From Schaalia meyeri (GTDB lineage Bacteria; Actinomycetota; Actinomycetes; Actinomycetales; Actinomycetaceae), in the NCBI RefSeq assembly GCF_900105015.1, contig NZ_FNLK01000014.1, forward strand, positions 90,001 through 122,000: 32,000 nt of DNA, in the 5' to 3' direction. Positions 26,796 through 32,000 of this stretch are shown one piece after another (position 1 is the first letter of the stretch; each line of letters opens with the position of its first letter). Below the pieces are notes generated by a model. It worked only from the letters and a program-made list of their open reading frames with translations. It was not told the DNA's origin and did no database searches. Both the position numbers and the translations under genes were made by a program.

Positions 26796-26890
26796 GATGA
26801 TCTCCTTTCATTCGTGCCTGTTAGAGCCATCATGAGCCCGCGCGGGTGTGTGGCGTGAACTTTTAGAAAATCTGTGGATAACTCATCAGA

Positions 26891-28372
26891 TCATTTCGGT
26901 TCGTCCGGGTCCGTGTTCTCTTTATCCTTCGGTATGTCGTTTTGTGACGCGGTGCCGTCCGGGTCGGCCGCGTCCTGGTCGTCGGGAGAAAGACCGTCCG
27001 CCCAGCCCAGCGTCCCATCCAACAGCGAGTTGAGGGCGGCGTCTATGTCCGCATCCTCCGCAGCCGCCGCCTGACGGAGCGCGAGGAAGGTGTCCGGTGT
27101 CGCCAGTTCCGTTTCGGAGGGCACCATGTCCGGGTGTGACCACAGGGCTTCGCGCGCGTCGCGCCCACCGTCAGCTTCGACCAACGCGAAGATCGATGCT
27201 GCTCCTCGCGCCTGGCGTGGACGCATCTGCAACCCCATGAGCGTGCCCAGGATATCCTCTGCTGGCCCCCCCGTGGCGCGGCGCCGACGCATCATCTCGC
27301 GCAGTGCGTCGGCGTGAGGCAGGTAGGGCAGCGTTGCTTGCGCAGTGACCACCTCAACCCACCCTTCAATGAGGGCAAGCATCGTCTCAAGGCGCGTCAG
27401 TGCGCGACGCTGATCGGGCGTCGTCGACAGCGCGAACACGCCGCCACTCAGGGCGGACTCAACCGAGGACGGATCCGACGGATCGACGGATCGAGCCACC
27501 TGTGAAATAGCTTCCGGGTCGATCGCGATCTGAGACGCGTAGCGCTCAACCACGCGCACCAGGTCGCCCTCGAGCCACGGAACCGACGCAAACAGGCGGC
27601 GGTGCGCCGCCTCGCGCACGGCGAGGAACTGGCGAACCTCGTCGAAGGGGATATCCAGCCCCTCGGCGAACTTCGCGACGTTATGCGGCACCAGGGCGGC
27701 GTGCGATGCGTCCGACAGTGGGATTCCCGTGTCGTAGGTGCCGAATGATTCCCCAGCCAATGCTGCCAGCGTTCGCGCGATCTGGGCCGAAAACATCATC
27801 GCCGACAGTCGCGGCATCATCTCTTGAGTTTTCCCCAGCATCGCCGCCATCCCCTCGGGGAGGGACGTGGAATCGCCCAGGCCGTCCTGGCTGAACTGCT
27901 CAGAGAGCGCGGCGGACAGCGCGCGCGACACGTTGAGAGCAACCGGCTCGCAGATGCGTTTCCACGTGGGGATCGTGCGGTCAACCCAGGTAACCCTGCT
28001 CCACACGTCGCGGCTGACGGGACCCGAGGCGAAGTCGGTGGCCGCGTCAAGCCACAGGTCTGCGACGGTCATCGCCTGGCGCGCAGCCTCGGCCTCGGTG
28101 GCGGTGGGGGCCGGGTCCCCGCTCGCGTAAGCCGCCTGCTTCGCACTGTCCTCGACGACACGCCAATTCACCGGCCCCGCGGTGGTGTCCATGAGGAACT
28201 GGAACTGGCCGAGGGCCGCACGCATGCGCGCCGGATCGGAGAACTCCGCAGGCAGATTTGCGGGATCAAAGCCCTGCGCCTCAAGGGCACGGACGGCCTC
28301 GGCGGCGGCCTCGTCACCCAAAATAGAGCGCAAGAAATCCTCAAAGGGCGTGTCGGACTCGTTCTCATTCAT
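26891..28372 (-). CDS. Zincin_2 (DUF2342)-type putative zinc metalloprotease homologue
   Basis: 493 aa. The segment VRQFLAVREAAHRRLFASVPWL aligns to the family's HExxH..PWL region, and the C-terminal tail is acidic. On the minus strand TAGTCT ends 6 nt before the ATG. Confidence 0.75.
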   Translation of the reverse strand: MNENESDTPFEDFLRSILGDEAAAEAVRALEAQGFDPANLPAEFSDPARMRAALGQFQFLMDTTAGPVNWRVVEDSAKQAAYASGDPAPTATEAEAARQAMTVADLWLDAATDFASGPVSRDVWSRVTWVDRTIPTWKRICEPVALNVSRALSAALSEQFSQDGLGDSTSLPEGMAAMLGKTQEMMPRLSAMMFSAQIARTLAALAGESFGTYDTGIPLSDASHAALVPHNVAKFAEGLDIPFDEVRQFLAVREAAHRRLFASVPWLEGDLVRVVERYASQIAIDPEAISQVARSVDPSDPSSVESALSGGVFALSTTPDQRRALTRLETMLALIEGWVEVVTAQATLPYLPHADALREMMRRRRATGGPAEDILGTLMGLQMRPRQARGAASIFALVEADGGRDAREALWSHPDMVPSETELATPDTFLALRQAAAAEDADIDAALNSLLDGTLGWADGLSPDDQDAADPDGTASQNDIPKDKENTDPDEPK

Positions 28373-28378
28373 AGCATC

Positions 28379-28384
28379 AGACTA
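28379..28384 (-). promoter_or_regulatory. -10 hexamer TAGTCT positioned for a leaderless Zincin_2 gene
   Basis: The minus strand reads TAGTCT-GATGCT-ATG with no SD. Confidence 0.35.
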
Positions 28385-28476
28385 GCGGTTGCTCGTGCGC
28401 CCGGGCTGACAAATGCCTGCGAAAACACTGAAAAGTAGAGGGGAGATCGCACTTCGCGCGTGCGACGAAGGCACGC

Positions 28477-29688
28477 GTGGGACACAATGACACGGTGAAT
28501 GACATGGAGACAACCTCGGCAGTTGACGATGTGCTTCCCGGGCAGGAGGCGCCCACTCGGAAAGTCCCGCTCATCAGCTGGCGCATCGTCGTGGGAATCA
28601 TCGCCGCCCTCGCAATGGTCGCCGTACTCTTCTGGATCCCCGTGCCCTTCGTGGTCAACAGCCCCGGCCCCACGTTCAACGTGCTCGGCTCGGCAGACGG
28701 GCAGCCGATGATCAACATCGCGGGGACCGATCCGACCACCGGAGAGACGGTCCGACTCGACGACCCGCAATCCGCATCCTTCAAAGACAAAGCACAGCCC
28801 GGCCAGGGACAGCTGCGCATGGTGACCGTTTCCGAGACGGGAGGACCCGGCAACCGACTCAGCTTTGCTCAGCTCATCGGCGCATACTTCGATTCCCACA
28901 GCAAGATTCTCGACTATAGCTCCGTCTATCCCGCGGGTGCCACACGCGAGAAGGTCAGCGATGCTCAGGTCGCCATGATGCGCAACTCCCAGACCACCTC
29001 CCAGGTCGCCGCGCTCGAATACCTCGGTTGGGATGTCCCCGCGACCGTCACCATCGAGGGGGCCACCGAAGGGTCGAACGCGGAAGGACTGGTCGCCCAG
29101 GGGGATATTCTGCGCACCATCACCACTCCCGATGGAACCCGACACGACGTTACCAGCGCCGCCACGCCCTTCGCCCTCATGCGCACGATTCCCGCTGGAA
29201 CGCAGATGACCCTGACCATCGAGCGCGACGGCGATACGCGAGACGTCTCCTTCAACTCCGTCGCCGTGTCCGCAAACACGAGCGGGTCGAGGCTCGGCGT
29301 CTACCTGTCCGTTGTCCCCACGCTACCCGTCGATATCTCCTTCAACCTCAGCGGCGTCGGAGGCCCCAGCGCGGGCATGATGTTCTCGCTGGGCATCATC
29401 GACCGCCTGACCCCGGGCGACATGACCGGCGGCAACGCGATCGCCGGAACCGGCACCATGTCCTACGACGGGCGAGTCGGCGCCATCGGGGGTATCCAGC
29501 AGAAAATGTGGGGCGCTCTTGACGACGGTGCCCGCTGGTTCCTGGCCCCGAGCGACAACTGCTCCGACGTGGTCGGACACGTTCCCGACGGGATGCGCGT
29601 CGTCGCGGTGTCCACCCTCGACGAGGCCGCCAACGCCGTTCGCTCCATCGCCGATGGAACGGGGGATGCCCTTCCAACCTGCCAGTAG
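28477..29688 (+). CDS. Membrane-anchored PDZ domain / Lon-like S16 serine protease
   Basis: N-terminal TM (WRIVVGIIAALAMVAVLFWIPVPF), a central PDZ-like segment (GDILRTI...TLTIERDG) and a Lon catalytic Ser context (GVGGPSAGMMFSLGI) with a downstream Lys (GGIQQKMWGA). The in-frame ATG at 28504 is an alternative start. Confidence 0.85.
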   Translation: MGHNDTVNDMETTSAVDDVLPGQEAPTRKVPLISWRIVVGIIAALAMVAVLFWIPVPFVVNSPGPTFNVLGSADGQPMINIAGTDPTTGETVRLDDPQSASFKDKAQPGQGQLRMVTVSETGGPGNRLSFAQLIGAYFDSHSKILDYSSVYPAGATREKVSDAQVAMMRNSQTTSQVAALEYLGWDVPATVTIEGATEGSNAEGLVAQGDILRTITTPDGTRHDVTSAATPFALMRTIPAGTQMTLTIERDGDTRDVSFNSVAVSANTSGSRLGVYLSVVPTLPVDISFNLSGVGGPSAGMMFSLGIIDRLTPGDMTGGNAIAGTGTMSYDGRVGAIGGIQQKMWGALDDGARWFLAPSDNCSDVVGHVPDGMRVVAVSTLDEAANAVRSIADGTGDALPTCQ

Positions 29689-29807
29689 CCCGCGGGTCTG
29701 CCCGAGCGGTCCGGGATCGTCGCGCGAGGAGGAAACTCATAAATCCGGCCTCGCGTGCATATCGACTGACGGCCCAGGGGCGTCGCCCCCGGGATGCCGC
29801 GTCGTGC

Positions 29808-30377
29808 CTAGTCCTTTTCCTCCGTGACAGGCTCGAGGGAGGCGCGCAGAGCATCGACCAGGGCGGGCACGAGGGCCGATCCTTGCCCAACCTTGTCGTC
29901 GGAATCGAAGGCCCGCGTGCGCAGCGCGCACCAGGATTCGCCCGTGCGCATGACCCCCACGGCCAGACGCACGTCCGTTCGAGATGGGTGGCTGGAGATG
30001 AAGGCAAGAGCCTCCTGCGGGTCCTCGGGCGCAGCGTCCTCGACCGTTGGCGGCACCACGATGCGTTCAACGGTGATCGCCGCACCCGGCACCGTCTCGG
30101 GCCACGCCAGGTGAGCGAGGACCTGCTCAACGTCGTCATCGGCGAGATCCTCCTGGATGATCGCGCTCAGGTGATCGGGGGAACCGTCCCATCCCGCGCG
30201 CAGCTGATCGGCGATGTCCGCGGGCAGATTCGGGTCGGCCAGCAGCGTCGCGGTGGGCACCAGCGCGTAGATGGACGGCGCGTGGTCCCATCCAACCCGG
30301 GCGGCGCCCTTCTCGATATCGACCACCACGTTGGCCAGCGCGATCTGTCGTGCACTCGGCATCATCTCAACACTCAT
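29808..30377 (-). CDS. PPA1309-like conserved actinobacterial protein
   Basis: 189-aa acidic soluble protein. The N-terminus ARQIALANVVVDIEKGAARVGWD fits my recollection of that family. It is divergent from the UPF0182 gene. Confidence 0.6.
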   Translation of the reverse strand: MSVEMMPSARQIALANVVVDIEKGAARVGWDHAPSIYALVPTATLLADPNLPADIADQLRAGWDGSPDHLSAIIQEDLADDDVEQVLAHLAWPETVPGAAITVERIVVPPTVEDAAPEDPQEALAFISSHPSRTDVRLAVGVMRTGESWCALRTRAFDSDDKVGQGSALVPALVDALRASLEPVTEEKD

Positions 30378-30477
30378 GGCCCCATAATCTCACGGAGAGC
30401 TGACGGGGCGGTCACGAAGTTTATCGTGTCCGCAGCTACACTGATGAAGAGTTGCCGGTACAACAGAGAGGATCGCC

Positions 30478-32000
30478 GTGAGCTTCCCATTTTCTGCCTT
30501 TCCCACGAGGGGGCCGCGACCACCAAGAGACTCAGACACGCCTCACACAAAGGTGAGGCTCCGCAAGCCCGGCCCTGCTGCGATCACGCTCATCGTACTG
30601 ATCGCCGCGGGTTCCCTCATCTATGCGGCGTCCATCGCGTGGACCGAAATCCTGTGGTTCCGCCAAATGAGCGCCACGCGCGTCATCCTGACTCAGTGGG
30701 GTGCGCACATTGGTCTCTTCGTGGTTGGTTTCGCTGTCGCGACCGCGCTCTTGTATTTCTCGATGGCGTTCGCGTTCCGGCACCGCGCCCTTTCGTCACG
30801 CGGCGAGGCCTCCGCTGCCCTTCGCGGGTATCAGGAAGCGCTCGAACCCGTGCGGCGCCTGGCATTTTGGGGGGTGGCGCTGTTCTTTGGATTCACGAAC
30901 GGGGCACGCTTGTCCACCGAATGGCAAACCCTGCTGCAGTTCCTTAACAGTTCTTCGTTCGATCAGGTCGACCCCCAGTTCGGGCTGGACATCTCCTTCT
31001 TCGTCTTCGTGCTGCCCGCCCTGAAGGTGCTCGTATCCTTCCTGATGGCGGTGACCAGCATCGGGCTGATTGCCGCGATCATCGTCTCTTACCTGTACGG
31101 CACGATACGAATCACCCCGCGGCCCCACGCCTCGAAGCAGGCGCGCCTGCAGACCGGATTGATGGCCGCCTGCCTCTCGCTGTTCATCGGCGTGAACTAC
31201 TGGCTGGGTCGCTACGAGCTGCTCACCCAGGATTCCGGTTCCATCCACGGAGCCATGTATTCGGACATAAATGCGACGCTGCCCGCACACTCGATCCTGG
31301 CGGTCATCTCCGCCCTGGTCGCCGCCCTCTTCGTGGTCGCTGCATTCCGGGGCACGTGGCGGCTGCCCGTTACCGGCGTGGCGGTCACCGTTATCGCGGC
31401 CCTTGTGCTCGGCGGAGCCTACCCCGCGCTCATTGAGCAGTTCCGCGTGCGCCCGAACCAGCGGACACTTGAATCTCCCTACATTCAGCGCAACATCGAC
31501 GCCACCCTGGCGGCCTACGGCCTGCAGGACGTTGACTACCAGACCAACTACGACGCGGCCACCACGGCTTCGGCTGGGCAATTCGATAACGAGGCGCTCA
31601 CTTCGCAGGCGCGTCTGCTCGACCCTAAGGTCATCACGAAGACTGTCCAGCAGCTGCAGCAGTCGCGCCTTTACTACGGTTTCAACTCCGGTATGAAGGT
31701 CGATCGCTACAACGTGGGAGGCGAGCGGCGAGACACCGTCATCTCGGTGCGCGAACTCAACCTCGCAGGCCTGTCGGCCGAGCAACAGACATGGGTGAAT
31801 CAGCACACCGTGTACACGCACGGGTACGGCGTCGTCGCCGCCTACGGTAATCAGCTCACCAGCGACGGCCTGCCCTCCTACTGGGAACAGTCTGTGCCCT
31901 CGGTAGGTGAAATGGGCAACTACGAGGAACGCGTCTACTTTAGTCCGGGCGCGCCCGAATATTCGATCGTCGGTGCACCCGAAGGAGCTGACCCCCAGGA
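30478..32000 (+). CDS. UPF0182 family large membrane protein (5' part; continues beyond the window)
   Basis: Not in the ORF track because there is no stop in the window. GTG 30478 has AGAGAGGA upstream. My own translation gives multiple TM helices, DPQFGLDISFFVFVLPALK and RPNQRTLESPYIQRNIDATLAAYGL, both UPF0182 hallmarks. The frame stays open to base 32000. Confidence 0.85.
   Translation, partial: MSFPFSAFPTRGPRPPRDSDTPHTKVRLRKPGPAAITLIVLIAAGSLIYAASIAWTEILWFRQMSATRVILTQWGAHIGLFVVGFAVATALLYFSMAFAFRHRALSSRGEASAALRGYQEALEPVRRLAFWGVALFFGFTNGARLSTEWQTLLQFLNSSSFDQVDPQFGLDISFFVFVLPALKVLVSFLMAVTSIGLIAAIIVSYLYGTIRITPRPHASKQARLQTGLMAACLSLFIGVNYWLGRYELLTQDSGSIHGAMYSDINATLPAHSILAVISALVAALFVVAAFRGTWRLPVTGVAVTVIAALVLGGAYPALIEQFRVRPNQRTLESPYIQRNIDATLAAYGLQDVDYQTNYDAATTASAGQFDNEALTSQARLLDPKVITKTVQQLQQSRLYYGFNSGMKVDRYNVGGERRDTVISVRELNLAGLSAEQQTWVNQHTVYTHGYGVVAAYGNQLTSDGLPSYWEQSVPSVGEMGNYEERVYFSPGAPEYSIVGAPEGADPQ

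Noticed and set aside
25920-28372. Possibility of a TOMM/RiPP biosynthetic gene cluster around the E1-like gene.
   Set aside because: No YcaO cyclodehydratase, FMN dehydrogenase, precursor peptide with a Cys/Ser/Thr-rich core or exporter is present in the neighbourhood. The context is conserved housekeeping-type genes.
29883-31821. A plus-strand 354-aa ORF (29883-30947) and a minus-strand 341-aa ORF (30796-31821).
   Set aside because: They overlap the PPA1309-like gene and the UPF0182 gene in other frames or strands. The UPF0182 frame has clear family motifs and TM helices, and these ORFs do not.

Overview
This is a high-GC actinobacterial chromosomal segment, recognisable by strongly G/C-biased third codon positions and many long antisense shadow ORFs. 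Gene order looks like conserved Actinomycetales-type core genome: pncB/clpS, murI-MBL, rph-rdgB, then nudC-uvrD2 followed by a PDZ/Lon and UPF0182 block. I support 31 protein-coding genes, including one 40-codon sORF absent from the ORF track and one gene running off the 3' end. I also call several intrinsic terminators, a hexanucleotide microsatellite and some candidate promoter or operator sites. I saw no rRNA, tRNA, CRISPR array, transposase, integrase or recognisable defence genes. Four things deserve a second look. (1) An Opp/Dpp-type ABC importer sits divergent to a translationally coupled operon: ROK regulator, MlrC-like M81 metallopeptidase, ROK kinase, CutC, then NagB. This looks like an undescribed amino-sugar-conjugate catabolic locus rather than a peptide permease. 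(2) A block at 25.9-32 kb holds an orphan ThiF/E1-like protein, a Zincin_2-type protein whose HExxH reads REAAH, a membrane PDZ-Lon protease, a PPA1309-like protein and a UPF0182 membrane protein. (3) A ~700-bp gene-free region upstream of hup contains a (GTGGGT)x6 G-quadruplex-prone tract and an orphan perfect terminator-like hairpin. (4) A synteny break between the MBL gene and rdgB/rph contains an AT-rich tract and the very basic sORF. All functional calls come from motif-level reading of the translations. No database search was possible, so family names are recognitions from memory, not hits.
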